This document shows positions 63,133 to 64,000 of a stretch of 64,000 nucleotides of DNA, one piece after another. Numbering within the stretch: the first letter of the stretch is position 1; every line of letters starts with the position of its first letter. Source of the stretch: Antechinus flavipes. Lineage: Eukaryota. Below the pieces are notes generated by a model that ran no database searches, was not told the DNA's origin, and was given only the letters and a program-made list of their open reading frames with translations. Made by a program: the position numbers and the translations under genes. The stretch is from assembly GCF_016432865.1 (NCBI RefSeq), contig NC_067400.1:522536001-522600000 (forward strand), in the 5' to 3' direction.

Positions 63133-63589
63133 CTTTCTATAGATTCTTTTCAAGATGTCAGTGACTACTTGTAGCTTGACAGAGTGCTTTCTACAATGAC
63201 AATTTATACAATTTTTCTTTACAAAGTGATTTAGAATTTACACATGTTTTCCTCATAACTCTGCAAGATAGAGAATATCCATATTATAGTCTTTATTTTA
63301 CAAATAAGAAAACAAGATCAGATAAGCAACTTGCCTAAAATCTCTTTGCTCATAAGTGGCCAAAGCCAGAGTTCACACTCTAAGTTCTTCCCACCATATT
63401 ACTTTGTTTGCTTCTAGCACAAGATATTTTCCATATACAACATACATTGTAGCTTCTAGATCTCAATCTGTGGTCCTGTGCTTCTGCCTAAGGAAAGACC
63501 TGGGTTCAAGGGTCAGATATACCACTTACTCAAAAGTCATAGATTTTTGTTTTTATCAGAAGCCAGAATATAGAGAAATTAAGTGATAC

Positions 63590-64000
63590 TTTTCTTTTTT
63601 TATTCACTAGTATTTTATTTTTTAAATTACATGTAAAGATAGTTTTCAACATTCATTTTAATAGGATTTTGAATTCCAGATTTTTCTCTCCCTGATTTTA
63701 CCTCTCCCCCCTCCAAGACAGTAAGCAATCTGATATAGATTATATGTATACAGCCATTTTAAATATATTTTCATATTAATCATTTTATGAAAGAAAAATC
63801 AGAACAAAAGGAAAAACCATAATAAAAAATAGCAAACAAAAAGGAAAAAAAAGGTGAAAATACTATGCTTCAATCTACATCAGGTCTTCATAGTTCTCCC
63901 TCTGGATATAGATGGCATTTTCTGTCTCACATTTGTTGGATCACTGTTACTGCTGAGAAGAAGTAAGTATATCACAGTTAATGATCATATAATTAGTTGT
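63590..64000 (-). mobile_element. L1 3'UTR fragment running off the right edge
   Basis: T-rich tail, then the same 3'UTR family as 44275-44610. Confidence 0.8.

Noticed and set aside
48109-64000. Search for the next FCHSD2 exon (recalled IIKLKAEARLDLL...)
   Set aside because: No matching reading frame was seen. It is presumably beyond the window. The preceding exon was likewise not found in 1-13279.
1-64000. Antisense orientation bias of L1 insertions relative to FCHSD2
   Set aside because: The recognised fragments are roughly balanced between strands and too few to test.

Overview
Intronic-scale window of a marsupial genome, probably an Australian marsupial and possibly a dasyurid, judged from WSINE1, Mar1 and L1 3'UTR types. 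It has one 157-N assembly gap. The window lies inside FCHSD2 (F-BAR and double SH3 domains 2) on the + strand. Four constitutive phase-0 coding exons are readable: 13280-13402, 32494-32589, 43423-43539 and 48004-48108, probably exons 9-12 by recalled human numbering. There is also a candidate 72-nt in-frame cassette exon at 35142-35213, with a weak donor followed by G-runs and a YCAY cluster. The introns are filled with L1, L2, L3/CR1, core-SINE and WallSI-type fragments, an internally deleted Tigger1 DNA transposon, and a full-length CKB processed pseudogene with a perfect 15-bp TSD. Three structures stand out. The first is a 245-bp, 244/245-identical inverted copy of an old L2 segment pasted into an L1 1.15 kb away. 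The second is a 443-bp TSD-flanked, A-tailed retro-insert of non-genic sequence (orphan-transduction-like). The third is an L1 nested antisense inside another L1. Almost all ORFs in the supplied track are repeat-derived or chance. Family and gene assignments come from recognising sequences from memory, not from database searches. Repeat boundaries without a TSD are approximate.
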